From contig JAGVXI010000013.1 in NCBI GenBank assembly GCA_018303855.1, positions 34,735 through 98,734 of the forward strand: a DNA stretch of 64,000 bases, read 5' to 3'. Position 1 is the first letter of the stretch. The number at the start of each line of letters is the position of its first letter. Below, piece after piece: positions 48,869-58,473 of the stretch. The notes under the pieces were generated by a model that was given only the letters and a program-made list of their open reading frames with translations, did no database searches and was not told where the DNA came from. The DNA comes from Candidatus Pacearchaeota archaeon. Its GTDB lineage: Archaea; Nanobdellota; Nanobdellia; Pacearchaeales; GW2011-AR1. The position numbers and the translations under genes are program-made.

Positions 48869-51163
48869 TCAAATCCTCTTTCTTCTTAATAAATTAGCAT
48901 TTGTAACAACAGTTATACTTGATAAAGCCATTGCAATCTCTGCAATAATAGGATGAAGCAAACCCGCAACTGCAACAGGAATGGCAATTGTGTTATATGC
49001 AAAAGCCCAGAATAAATTCTGCTTTATTTTTGAGAAAGTTGCCTTGCTTAAGTTTATTGATTGAACAACTCCATTTAATGAACCTTTAACAAGAACAATA
49101 TCGCCTGCTTCTATTGCAATATCTGTCCCTGTTCCCATTGCAATTCCAACATTGCTTTCTTTAAGTGCAGGGGCGTCATTTATTCCATCTCCAATAAACG
49201 CAACCATTGCTTGTTTTTTCAATTCATTGATTTTTTTTGCCTTGTCTTCTGGCAACACATTTGCTATAACTTCTTTAATTCCAACTTGTTTTGCAATTGC
49301 TTGGGCTGTTTTTTCATTATCCCCAGTTATCATAATTGTTTTATAATCTTCCATATTTAATTTATTAATGGCTTCAATTGAATCTTCTTTAACAGCATCT
49401 GCAATTCCAATAATTCCTATTGCCTTTCCGTTATCAGAAACAATAATTGTAGTAAACCCTTTGCTTTCAAATTCATTTATTTTATTATTAAATTCTTTAA
49501 GATTTATCCCTCTCTCTTTCATTAGGGTTGAATTTCCTATAACTATGCTTTTTTTGCCTATTTCTCCCTCAACTCCTCTTCCTCTTAAAATCTTAAATGC
49601 TTTTACTTCCCTGTATTTTTTTAAATTAGCTTTTTCAACAACAGCTTTTGATAATGGATGCTCACTTAGCTTTTCCAAGCTTGCTGCAACTTCCATTAAA
49701 TATCCTTCCCCAATTTCTGCATAAACTGCCCTAACTTCTGGCTTTCCTTTTGTTATTGTTCCTGTCTTGTCAAACACAATTATTTTAATCTCTTTCATTG
49801 TTTGGATTGCTTCGCCCTTTCTTATGAGAATGCCTCTTTTTGCACCCATACCACTTCCAACCATTAAAGCAGTAGGTGTTGCCAAACCCAAAGCACAAGG
49901 ACATGCGATAACTAAAACAGAAACAGCAACACCTATGGCCCTGCTTAAATCCTTATTAAAATAAAACCAGGCAATAAAAGTTAAAATTGTTATAACTAAA
50001 ACAACAGGCACAAAAACACTTGTTATTTTGTCAGCAAGTGCTTGTATAGGAATTTTTGTTCCCTGGGCTTGCTCAACAAGTTTTATAATATTGGATAAAA
50101 AAGTATCTTTTCCTATTTTAGTTGCTTTAATATACAAAACCCCGTCTTGATTAAGTGTTGCACCAATTACTTTGTCTCCTTTGGCTTTATCAATAGGCAA
50201 GCTTTCACCAGTAACCATGCTTTCATCAACAGCACTTTCTCCTTTAACTATGACTCCGTCTGTTGGAATTTTTTCTCCTGGCTTCACTATTATAACATCA
50301 TTAATTTTAACTTCCGAAATAGAAATCTCAAATTCTTTGTTATTTCTTAAAACAAGGGCATTTTTCGCGCCTAATTCAAGAAGTTTTTTTATTTCTTGGC
50401 TCGCTTTACCTCTTGCCTTCACTTCAACATACTTTCCTGTTAGGAAAAAGGCCATAATCATTGCACTTATGCCAGAATAATCTTGAACATTTATGAAGAA
50501 ACTTAAAACTCCAGTTAAATAAGCAACAACAGTCCCAAGTGCAATCAAAGAATCCATATTAAAATAAAAACTAGTAAATCCCTTTAATCCGCCCTTGAGG
50601 GTTTGAAAACCTAAAACAAATATAATCGGAAAAGAGATAATAAGCAAAACAAATGTCATTTGTTCCGGTGTATTAAACACCTTTAAGCCAAATAATCTTT
50701 CAGAAAACATAATAATAGCTATTGGAATAGTTATCAACCAAGCCCAAATAGTCTTTTTAAACCAAGATTTAATTTCCTTTTCCTCAACACTTCCATGCAC
50801 ATGTTCATTCATCTCTTCGTGGTGTGGATGCTCTTCTTTTTTATGTTCAGAATGTTTTAAATGTTCAATCTGCCTATTATCCTGTCTATCATCAGTAGGC
50901 TCTTTATATTCAATTGACTTATCTTTATTATCCTGCTTATCTTCTTCAAACTCAATTTTTTTAGCGGCATAACCTCCAACTCTTGAAACAGCTTTTTTCA
51001 AATCACTTTCACTAATATCCCCCTCAATTTCAACAAAGCCCTTCTTGGCCATTAAATTAACACTTGCACTTTTTACGCCTTTAACTTTCTTTAAGCTTTT
51101 TTCTATATTAGATGCACAACTAGCACAATGCATTCCTTCAATTTGTATTGTTGCTTTTTTCAT
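48869..51163 (-). CDS. copA: copper-translocating P1B-type ATPase
   Basis: N-terminal HMA domain [12 protein letters not shown], His-rich linker, TM CPC motif [29 protein letters not shown]. Confidence 0.85.
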   Translation of the reverse strand: MKKATIQIEGMHCASCASNIEKSLKKVKGVKSASVNLMAKKGFVEIEGDISESDLKKAVSRVGGYAAKKIEFEEDKQDNKDKSIEYKEPTDDRQDNRQIEHLKHSEHKKEEHPHHEEMNEHVHGSVEEKEIKSWFKKTIWAWLITIPIAIIMFSERLFGLKVFNTPEQMTFVLLIISFPIIFVLGFQTLKGGLKGFTSFYFNMDSLIALGTVVAYLTGVLSFFINVQDYSGISAMIMAFFLTGKYVEVKARGKASQEIKKLLELGAKNALVLRNNKEFEISISEVKINDVIIVKPGEKIPTDGVIVKGESAVDESMVTGESLPIDKAKGDKVIGATLNQDGVLYIKATKIGKDTFLSNIIKLVEQAQGTKIPIQALADKITSVFVPVVLVITILTFIAWFYFNKDLSRAIGVAVSVLVIACPCALGLATPTALMVGSGMGAKRGILIRKGEAIQTMKEIKIIVFDKTGTITKGKPEVRAVYAEIGEGYLMEVAASLEKLSEHPLSKAVVEKANLKKYREVKAFKILRGRGVEGEIGKKSIVIGNSTLMKERGINLKEFNNKINEFESKGFTTIIVSDNGKAIGIIGIADAVKEDSIEAINKLNMEDYKTIMITGDNEKTAQAIAKQVGIKEVIANVLPEDKAKKINELKKQAMVAFIGDGINDAPALKESNVGIAMGTGTDIAIEAGDIVLVKGSLNGVVQSINLSKATFSKIKQNLFWAFAYNTIAIPVAVAGLLHPIIAEIAMALSSITVVTNANLLRRKRI

Positions 51164-51260
51164 TTTTTATTATTGTTATATCCTAACTTTATATATTCAA
51201 TTCTTTATTAATCATTGCCAGCATTATTTACCATTTTAACTTTTAATCTCTTTATTATAC

Positions 51261-51527
51261 CTACTTAATATTGTTATAAACTACTGTAAAAAGCCAGCCA
51301 ATTATCAGGCTAAGCACAATAATCTCAATTAATCCAGCAATTGTGCTTGATATTGGAACTGTGTCTCTTGCAATTTTGCTTATATCAATTCCGTGAAACA
51401 ATGCTCCAAATGTGCTTACAGTCCATGTTGGGACTATAGCAACAAAAATTGCGCACACTATATAAACAACTCCTGCAACTATTGCCAGTGAATAAGCAAT
51501 TCCCTTTGGGCTTAATTTTTCAACCAT
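51261..51527 (-). CDS. small membrane protein
   Basis: 88 aa, 2-3 TM. Confidence 0.35.
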   Translation of the reverse strand: MVEKLSPKGIAYSLAIVAGVVYIVCAIFVAIVPTWTVSTFGALFHGIDISKIARDTVPISSTIAGLIEIIVLSLIIGWLFTVVYNNIK

Positions 51528-51545
51528 GTTTTATTTTACCCCCTT

Positions 51546-52154
51546 TTATTTTTCTGATTCTTCTTCAATAATATTTTTAATCAGCTCTTTGTTTGCCCCA
51601 AAAACCTTTCTTCCGTTTATGAAAAAAGTTGGGGTTCCCTGAACATCTAGCATCTTTCCGTCATTTAAATCTCTTTCCACTTCGTATTTATACTTTTCAG
51701 AATCTAAACATGAATTAAATTGTTCCTTATTCAACTCGATTTGTATCGCATAGAGCTTTAAACTTTCTTTATCCAGCTTATTTTGATTTTCAAATAAAAT
51801 GTCATGATACTGCCAGAATTTTCCCTGTTCATTGGCACATTCAGCTGCTTCTGCCGCAATAAAAGAATTCTCATGTATTGTTAGGGGAAAATTCCTGTAA
51901 TAAAATACAACATTCTGTTCATTTAAGATTTCATTTATTATAGGTAATGAAGCTTTGCAGGCAGGACACTGAAAATCTGAAAATTCTATGATGATAGTGC
52001 TTGAATCTGAATTTCCTTTTGCAGGGTTTATTCCATTGCCAACATTTTTATAAATCTCTATTGCAGATTTCGGAAGACTAATGTAAATTAGAACCCCAGT
52101 TAATAATATTATAACTAACCCAATAATTACTACTCCTTTATTATCTCCATTCAT
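51546..52154 (-). CDS. DsbA-family thiol:disulfide oxidoreductase, N-terminal TM anchor
   Basis: FSDFQCPACKAS (CPAC active site) and GTPTFFINGRKV cis-Pro region. Confidence 0.65.
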   Translation of the reverse strand: MNGDNKGVVIIGLVIILLTGVLIYISLPKSAIEIYKNVGNGINPAKGNSDSSTIIIEFSDFQCPACKASLPIINEILNEQNVVFYYRNFPLTIHENSFIAAEAAECANEQGKFWQYHDILFENQNKLDKESLKLYAIQIELNKEQFNSCLDSEKYKYEVERDLNDGKMLDVQGTPTFFINGRKVFGANKELIKNIIEEESEK

Positions 52155-52288
52155 TTTTTATTTTCAACAGCATATTTAGTTATTTCAAGATTACAGGATT
52201 TATGTTTCCTGCACCAAGCTTCACATTTTTTTGCAAAAGCTTTTGAATTGTATAACATTCCACATGCCCCACATTTAAAATATCCCAT
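52151..52288 (-). CDS. small Cys-containing protein translationally coupled to dsbA (ATGA overlap)
   Basis: MGYFKCGACGMLYNSKAFAKKCEAWCRKHKSCNLEITKYAVENKK. Its stop TGA overlaps the dsbA ATG. Not in the ORF track (under 60 aa). Confidence 0.35.
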   Translation of the reverse strand: MGYFKCGACGMLYNSKAFAKKCEAWCRKHKSCNLEITKYAVENKK

Positions 52289-52442
52289 CTTTCTTATTAT
52301 GACTTCTTTAATCATTATCTATTTTAAAATCATTTCTCTTTTGGTTTTTTCTTTCCGTCACAGCAACTCATTTTGTTTTTTCTCATTGCATTTAATAAAA
52401 AATTATGCATTTTTCTTAATTTTTCAAGAATTTTTACCATTT

Positions 52443-52673
52443 TTATGATGGAAAGTGTTCTACACAATATCCCTTTATCTCATTGTCTTTAATCATGTCA
52501 CAATATTCCCCATTTAACGTCTGATGCGCAAGATCATGCCAGCAATTATCATCTCCAGGACTGCATTGTTCTGTAGATACTGAATTGCCTGAGATTGTTT
52601 TGTATAATGTAAGAATAAGAGTAGATGTAATTATAAAAATCACGATTAATGCTATTAAATCTATCTTTTTCAT
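52443..52673 (-). CDS. small membrane-anchored Cys-rich protein
   Basis: N-terminal TM then CSPGDDNCWHDLAHQTLNGEYCDMIKDNEIKGYCVEH. Confidence 0.35.
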   Translation of the reverse strand: MKKIDLIALIVIFIITSTLILTLYKTISGNSVSTEQCSPGDDNCWHDLAHQTLNGEYCDMIKDNEIKGYCVEHFPS

Positions 52674-52674
52674 T

Positions 52675-52941
52675 TTATTTAAAATAATCCAAGCAGTATA
52701 AAGTATTTTGATGATGACTTAAATGCTCTTTCCAGTCATTAATGCTCTCCTCATATTCTGGTAACTTGCATTCTGCCGGAATAGGATCTAAGCGATATTT
52801 GTCTAGTTCTTGGTTATTTTGTTTATTAATATTTTGAACAACCTTCCCTGTTGCATTTACTTTAATGAACACAGCTACTGTTAATGACAGAATAACAAAA
52901 ACCAGCCCAATATATATTAGATCTTTATTTATCGTTATCAT
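52675..52941 (-). CDS. small membrane-anchored protein with Cys/His-containing ectodomain
   Basis: N-terminal TM then CKLPEYEESINDWKEHLSHHQNTLYC. Confidence 0.35.
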   Translation of the reverse strand: MITINKDLIYIGLVFVILSLTVAVFIKVNATGKVVQNINKQNNQELDKYRLDPIPAECKLPEYEESINDWKEHLSHHQNTLYCLDYFK

Positions 52942-53371
52942 TTTTCTTTTCTTTGTTTACTTGGTGATATATAACCCCAATTCCAATAATGTTTGAAGCA
53001 ACACCGATAAGAAGAAATTGTAATGTGTATTTGGATAATACTGATAATCCAGAAATTCCAATAACTGCTCCAAGAAACGGGAGTATATTAAGAATATAAT
53101 GGCTGCAGCATAAAATCATGCTAATTGCAGAAATCCCCCCAGATGCAACACTTGTTGAACAGCTTATTGCGTTAAGAGAATTATAGTATGTGAATAAACC
53201 GATTTGCAAACCAAATCCCCCAATAAGCAGAATAATGAGAATGTAATATCTTCTTATAATCTCTGTTGCCATTAAAGGGAAACCTAAGATGTAAAGCACA
53301 ATTAAATTTATAGTTAAAACTATCAAAATTGCACCAATTCCATAAATCCATGCTTTTGTTTTTATGTCCAT
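52925..53371 (-). CDS. polytopic membrane protein
   Basis: 148 aa, about 4 TM, with CC pair (MILCCSHY). Confidence 0.35.
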   Translation of the reverse strand: MDIKTKAWIYGIGAILIVLTINLIVLYILGFPLMATEIIRRYYILIILLIGGFGLQIGLFTYYNSLNAISCSTSVASGGISAISMILCCSHYILNILPFLGAVIGISGLSVLSKYTLQFLLIGVASNIIGIGVIYHQVNKEKKNDNDK

Positions 53372-53381
53372 AGTTTTTTTA

Positions 53382-53594
53382 TTAGTTAGATATCCGAATT
53401 TGTTTAATCAACCAAACAATTAATAATACTAATACAACAATAATTAATAGCATAAAAATCCATCCAAAAAACCACATGCTTCCGAAGCCATAATTAAACA
53501 TACCCATTACCCCCCACATATCTCCAAAACCTCCGAACAGGAATAATGCTAAAATTATTGCTATAACCACAACCAGCGTGTTATCGTTTTTCAT
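53382..53594 (-). CDS. small Gly/Met/Trp-rich membrane protein (cassette B paralog of 43152-43367)
   Basis: GGFGDMWGVMGMFNYGFGSMWFFGWIFM...VWLIKQI. Confidence 0.45.
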   Translation of the reverse strand: MKNDNTLVVVIAIILALFLFGGFGDMWGVMGMFNYGFGSMWFFGWIFMLLIIVVLVLLIVWLIKQIRISN

Positions 53595-53962
53595 TTTCTC
53601 TCACCTCCTTTTAATTTCCTCAAAATATGAATGCAATGTTCAGCCATGTGTTTGTCAATTAAACCCATAAGAGGCTTTATTGTCTGCTCATTTAACCTAT
53701 AATATCTGTATTTTCCTTCAATTTCAACATCCACAAACCCACAATCTTTTAATCTTGATAAGTCATGTGAGACAGCTGTTTGATCTATTTTCAGCTCTTT
53801 AATAATTTCAGACACATTTTTACTGCCTTTCCTTAATAAGTTTATTATCTTTAATCTTGACTCGCTTATAAGAGTTCCAAAAAATATTTTATATGCTCCG
53901 TAAATTTCCTCTTTATAAAACCCCTCCTTATGGAATGATTTTAATATGGCTTTATTTATCAT
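53591..53962 (-). CDS. ArsR-like HTH regulator
   Basis: RLKIINLLRKGSKNVSEIIKELKIDQTAVSHDLSRLKDCGFV. Confidence 0.55.
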   Translation of the reverse strand: MINKAILKSFHKEGFYKEEIYGAYKIFFGTLISESRLKIINLLRKGSKNVSEIIKELKIDQTAVSHDLSRLKDCGFVDVEIEGKYRYYRLNEQTIKPLMGLIDKHMAEHCIHILRKLKGGERK

Positions 53963-54018
53963 ATGAAAACTAAGTACATACAGCTATTTAAGGTTTTCTA
54001 TCCTCATTTTTTAATGTC

Positions 54019-54408
54019 TTATCTTGCTTTATCCACAATTTCTTTAATATCTTTTTCTACTTCTTCAGTTTTTTTTCGACTAACCTCAGGAAAGAATTGG
54101 GAAATTATTGTAGGTTTCATTCCAGCAATCTTTATCTTTCCATTTTCTTCAAGGACATTTATTTTACACGGCATACAAAGAGATATTAACCTGTTTTTAT
54201 TAAGAAAAATATTTGCGTGTTTTCCAGAGCAAATCTCAACTATCTTTAATGGTTTCTGCTTAAATCCCTTTGCAGCCAATCGTTCTTGGATATCATAAAT
54301 CTGAAACAAACTCCAACCTTTTTGTTCAACTGCTTTCAGCACTGAAATAACAGCCTCATCAAAACTTTTATTGGTTTCAACAATATATGCAAAATCTTCT
54401 GTTTTCAT
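54019..54408 (-). CDS. DUF302-domain protein (cassette B)
   Basis: Paralog of 42766-43155. Confidence 0.65.
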   Translation of the reverse strand: MKTEDFAYIVETNKSFDEAVISVLKAVEQKGWSLFQIYDIQERLAAKGFKQKPLKIVEICSGKHANIFLNKNRLISLCMPCKINVLEENGKIKIAGMKPTIISQFFPEVSRKKTEEVEKDIKEIVDKAR

Positions 54409-54737
54409 TTTTTTCTACGCCCTATACCTCTTCCAGAACTCTTTATCTGTTTAATCAACCAAACTATCAGTAGAACTAAAATAATAATCACAAGAATAAT
54501 AAATAACCAACTAAACACATTGTAACCACTATAGTAGCTTCCATTTATTCCTTGCATCATGCTACCCTGTATATTTTGTCCTCCCATCATACCTCCAGAA
54601 CCGCCCATTATTCCACCAGAACCCATCATGTTGCCCCCCATCATCATTTGCATCATGCCACTCGATTCACCACAATAAATTCCTTTAGCCATGTTTATAT
54701 GAACCTGTCTTAAACTTTCACTTCCTTCTCCACCCAT
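54405..54737 (-). CDS. Met/Gly-rich tail-anchored small protein (cassette B)
   Basis: MGGEGSESLRQVHINMAKGIYCGESSGMMQMMMGGNMMGSGGIMGGSGGMMGG... then C-terminal TM LLIVWLIKQI. Confidence 0.5.
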   Translation of the reverse strand: MGGEGSESLRQVHINMAKGIYCGESSGMMQMMMGGNMMGSGGIMGGSGGMMGGQNIQGSMMQGINGSYYSGYNVFSWLFIILVIIILVLLIVWLIKQIKSSGRGIGRRKK

Positions 54738-54918
54738 GCATTTGTTCCATGTAATAATCCCCAATAGCCTCAAACTGTGCATCAGTAAAATTGTTGCAGC
54801 TAATATTAGAATTAATAAGCTGTTTTGTTTCAGCAAAACTCTGTTCATGAGCTGATACTAAGAATGCAATTAGTAGTAATATTCCAAAGGCGAATATTGT
54901 TAGTGTTATTTTTTTCAT
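54718..54918 (-). CDS. small secreted protein with signal peptide (cassette B)
   Basis: MKKITLTIFAFGILLLIAFLVSAHEQS...SCNNFTDAQFEAIGDYYMEQMHGWRRK. GGAGGT sits 7 nt upstream of the internal ATG chosen as start. Confidence 0.5.
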   Translation of the reverse strand: MKKITLTIFAFGILLLIAFLVSAHEQSFAETKQLINSNISCNNFTDAQFEAIGDYYMEQMHGWRRK

Positions 54919-54997
54919 TTTGATACCTCCATTACATTTATTATTACTATATCTGGAATAAGTATCTTGCCACTTAAACCGTTTTAAACCATTATTA

Positions 54998-55468
54998 TCA
55001 TCTTTGCAAATATACATTGTAAGTTTTTCCTGTCCTTTTTCTTTGAATTAAATTTCTCTTATCTAAATTAGTTAAAATTGTTGAAATCTTGGCTTTACTC
55101 CAGTCTAATCTAAACCTTAATGAATCTTGGGTAATTTCCCCAGCTTTTTTTATCTCATCTAAAATATCTTTTTCATCTTTTGACAAAGCTTTTCTTAAGA
55201 TACTATATTCTTTTTCTTTATTTTCATGCTTAAATAAATAAAAGGAAACAAAAAAAACCACAAGAAGTGCAATAATTAATGATATCAAGGTTATAACCGT
55301 AGATTTATTATTAGAACTCCTTATCTGATCCATCATATCTGCCATCGAAGTTGGCTCCTTAACAAAAATTTGGCTTAATATCAAAAGCATAATAAGATAT
55401 AATATAACTCCCACTAACAGAATAAACAATACCTTTGACACATTGTTTATATTTTGTAAATTATTCAT
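54998..55468 (-). CDS. membrane-anchored winged-HTH protein
   Basis: N-terminal TM plus C-terminal ...ISTILTNLDKRNLIQRKRTGKTYNVYL. Similar architecture to 63027-63506. Confidence 0.45.
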   Translation of the reverse strand: MNNLQNINNVSKVLFILLVGVILYLIMLLILSQIFVKEPTSMADMMDQIRSSNNKSTVITLISLIIALLVVFFVSFYLFKHENKEKEYSILRKALSKDEKDILDEIKKAGEITQDSLRFRLDWSKAKISTILTNLDKRNLIQRKRTGKTYNVYLQR

Positions 55469-55691
55469 TTTTCCCCCAGGTTATTTTATTCCACGCGCGT
55501 TCGTGATAATAATAGATAATGATCTTTAAAGTTATTTCAAAAAAACCTACACCAAAGGAGATAATAAAGCTTTTTGTAAAAATAAATACTAAAATTATCG
55601 TTGTAAGTGTTGCAATTATTCTCCAACTAATGCTTTTAACAATACTTCTCTTATGTGTGTCTATTATTTTTTTGTGTTTATCTTTTTTCAT
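55461..55691 (-). CDS. DUF2061 family membrane protein
   Basis: KRSIVKSISWRIIATLTTIILVFIFT...IIYYYHERAWNKITWG. Confidence 0.5.
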   Translation of the reverse strand: MKKDKHKKIIDTHKRSIVKSISWRIIATLTTIILVFIFTKSFIISFGVGFFEITLKIIIYYYHERAWNKITWGKNE

Positions 55692-55704
55692 TTTTATCTT
55701 TAGC

Positions 55705-56268
55705 TTACTTTCTTAAAACAATCCCATAATGATAAGGTTTAAGATTATACATTTTGGGATTGTTAAATCCAAATAAAACAGCTAATTCAATGCTTTGTTT
55801 TGGCTTAAGTCTAAGTTCCATTGGAGGTCCTCTGGGGGTTGTTGTATCATAATTCCAATGAATAATCCCAACTCTCCCTTCTGGTTTTAAAATCCGATAA
55901 GCTTCTTCAAGTAGTCTGTTTGGTTTATCTTTAGTAAGAATATTAAACAGCAGGACATAATCTACACTTTTATCACCAAGTCCGGAACCTTTGGACATAA
56001 AATCACGAAGCATAGTTTTTATATTATTCAATTTATATTCTCTTGCGCCTTTTTGTGTTTCTTCAATCATCTTTGGTTCTATATCAATAGCATAAACCTC
56101 TCCTTTCACTATCTTCGCAGCAGGAACAGTAAAGGTCCCATAACCGCATCCAAAATCTGCTACATCTTTAACCTCTTGATTTAGCCCCAAAGTTCTTAAT
56201 ATTCTGTCAGGTACGAAAAAATTTTCCCACATTTTTTCTTCTGGCATGCCACTTTCTTTAATTTTCAT
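55705..56268 (-). CDS. small class I SAM-dependent methyltransferase (cassette B)
   Basis: ADFGCGYGTFTVPAA and AIDIEPKM. Paralog of 43820-44398. Confidence 0.65.
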   Translation of the reverse strand: MKIKESGMPEEKMWENFFVPDRILRTLGLNQEVKDVADFGCGYGTFTVPAAKIVKGEVYAIDIEPKMIEETQKGAREYKLNNIKTMLRDFMSKGSGLGDKSVDYVLLFNILTKDKPNRLLEEAYRILKPEGRVGIIHWNYDTTTPRGPPMELRLKPKQSIELAVLFGFNNPKMYNLKPYHYGIVLRK

Positions 56269-56600
56269 TTTCCCCTCCTGATTTTTTGGACTAACTTTTC
56301 ATTTTTCTTAAGCTGTTTAAATAAGATATTTCTCATAATATCACAAGCTTTGATCATTTCAGGATAAGCCAGGCTATAGTAAATATTTTTCCCTTTTCTT
56401 TTTGTCAAAACAAGGTTCTTTTGCCTTAAAATAGTAAGATGCTGGGATATAGTTGACTGGGATATTTTAGTAAGATTCACTAACTCGCCGACACTTCTTT
56501 TTTTGTTTCTTAATAGATTTATAACCTCTAATCTTACAGGATTTGATAGTGTCTTGCATATTTCAGAGTGGATTTTATACACTTTTTTGTTCATAATCAT
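56265..56600 (-). CDS. ArsR/SmtB family transcriptional regulator (cassette B)
   Basis: Paralog of 44388-44723. Confidence 0.7.
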   Translation of the reverse strand: MIMNKKVYKIHSEICKTLSNPVRLEVINLLRNKKRSVGELVNLTKISQSTISQHLTILRQKNLVLTKRKGKNIYYSLAYPEMIKACDIMRNILFKQLKKNEKLVQKIRRGK

Positions 56601-56645
56601 ATTAGAATATCCGAATATTTAAATATTTTGGTTTTTATTCGTCAA

Positions 56646-57155
56646 TTAACTTAACTTGCATGATTTATCTATTGATTTTGCTATAAAATGCACTGAAAAA
56701 GCCAAGATAATAATTCCTGCAATCCTAAGCTCTGCTCCTTGAAATGGAAAGTACATGAGGGCAAGAGGCGCTCCAAATAACCCCAAAAGTAAGGCACCGC
56801 ACGTAGGACATCCAACTCCTAAAGCCCCTATAAAGCCTCCACCTATTCCAAAAAGCCCTTTTCTTCCTACAAACGCAAATGAAAATTTATATACTATGAG
56901 TGACAAATAAATACCAAACAATCCTGAAAGCAGGATAATTGAGGCAATTGTTCCATAAATATAACTCGCCCCGCTCATATCAACAGCAATTCTTAAGCTC
57001 ATATCAGCAACAGTTGCTAGCATGAAATAATACAATACTGCAAAGGCAACAACAGAGGTTATTATTGTAATGCCAAAATACTTGCTGTTTGAAAGAATAT
57101 CTTTAATTGTTACTAGCGTTGTTAACAGCTCTTTTTTAATTGACATTTTTTCCAA
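56646..57155 (-). CDS. polytopic membrane protein with CPTC motif
   Basis: GALGVGCPTCGALLLGLFG lies within a TM region. Confidence 0.35.
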   Translation of the reverse strand: MEKMSIKKELLTTLVTIKDILSNSKYFGITIITSVVAFAVLYYFMLATVADMSLRIAVDMSGASYIYGTIASIILLSGLFGIYLSLIVYKFSFAFVGRKGLFGIGGGFIGALGVGCPTCGALLLGLFGAPLALMYFPFQGAELRIAGIIILAFSVHFIAKSIDKSCKLS

Positions 57156-58203
57156 TAGCCTCTTTTATATTTTTATAACCGTCTTTTTCAAGGAGTTTAA
57201 CTATATCTTTGTTTATCATGCTAATAACTGCCGGCCCTCCATAAATCATCCCAGTAATTAACTGCACCAAGCTTGCGCCATTTTTTATCTTTTCATAAGC
57301 GGCATTTCCATTAAAAATTCCTCCAGAACCAATAATCACAAATTTTCCTTTTGTTTTTTTATACACTTTTTTTATCAGGTTGTCTGATTTTTCTCTTATT
57401 GGCTCACCGCTTATACTTCCAGAATATTTTAAGTTTGCATCATTTTGCAGTTTCTCTCTTTTTTTTGATAAATTGCTTATCACAAAACCATTTATTTTGT
57501 ATTTCCGGCTGAGTTTTATTATTTGGTTAAGGTTTTTATTGCTAATATCGGGAGAAAGTTTAAGAAAAATAACCTCGCTTTTTCTAATCACTTTAATCTT
57601 TTTTAACAACTTTTCAAGAAGCTTTGAATCTTCAAAACTTCTTCCATCCCCTGTATTTGGACAACTTATGTTTATCACAATAAAATCACCAATATTTCTC
57701 ATAATCTTAAGGGTTTTAAAATAATCTTCAGCACTTGCATCGCCTTTTATATCGCAGTCATTTGTTTTTGCGATACTTATTGCCAAAGGTATTCTGAATT
57801 TTTTTCCCTTAAGCTTTTTGTAGATATGTTCTGCTCCTTTATTTGCCAAACCATAATTGACAATTATAGCTTTATCTTTTACAAGCCTGTGCACTCTTGG
57901 TTTTGGATTGCCAAAACATTGCTCTGCAGTTATACTTCCTATCTCCATAAATCCAAACCCAACATCAGGAAGGATATCAGTCAATTGAGCATTTTTATCA
58001 AATCCAGCAGACAAGCCAACAGGATTCTCAAATTTAATACCAAAGAGTTTGTTTTCTAGTTTTTTATTTTTATAAACCCACTTTGCCCTCATTAATCTCG
58101 ATAATCTTGTTTTGCCCAAAAAACTGCCTAAAAAAATAGCCAGATTATGAACTTTTTCGGCATCAATTTTAAATAAAATAGGCCTTATTATTTCTTTATA
58201 CAT
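57136..58203 (-). CDS. pyrD: dihydroorotate dehydrogenase with class-2-like N-terminal extension
   Basis: MYKEIIRPILFKIDAEKVH, ENPVGLSAGFDKN, GFGFMEIGSIT, NISCPNT and IIGSGGI. Confidence 0.75.
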   Translation of the reverse strand: MYKEIIRPILFKIDAEKVHNLAIFLGSFLGKTRLSRLMRAKWVYKNKKLENKLFGIKFENPVGLSAGFDKNAQLTDILPDVGFGFMEIGSITAEQCFGNPKPRVHRLVKDKAIIVNYGLANKGAEHIYKKLKGKKFRIPLAISIAKTNDCDIKGDASAEDYFKTLKIMRNIGDFIVINISCPNTGDGRSFEDSKLLEKLLKKIKVIRKSEVIFLKLSPDISNKNLNQIIKLSRKYKINGFVISNLSKKREKLQNDANLKYSGSISGEPIREKSDNLIKKVYKKTKGKFVIIGSGGIFNGNAAYEKIKNGASLVQLITGMIYGGPAVISMINKDIVKLLEKDGYKNIKEAIGKNVN

Positions 58204-58473
58204 TTTATTCTACAATTTAATCTCCCTTCATCCCTGTTCCTTTTCGCTTCATAGCTGTATAATAATATCTGGATACCAATGTTTTTAAATTATTCATATT
58301 CATCTTTATGCCACAAAGTTATGTAACAATCTAAATTTCTCTATGGGCTAAAACCCACAGCTTCTTTATTGATTTTTAATACGGATTAATAGCCAAGGTA
58401 AATAATTATAATACTGGTGGTAGCTAACCGTATTATCAATAACATCATACCACTATTACAATTCATCCTTCTT

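Noticed and set aside
49152-50480. Several plus-strand track ORFs (49152-49346, 49368-49724, 49767-49964, 50172-50480) inside copA
   Set aside because: They lie antisense within the well-supported CopA gene and are low-complexity or hydrophobic translations of the opposite strand.
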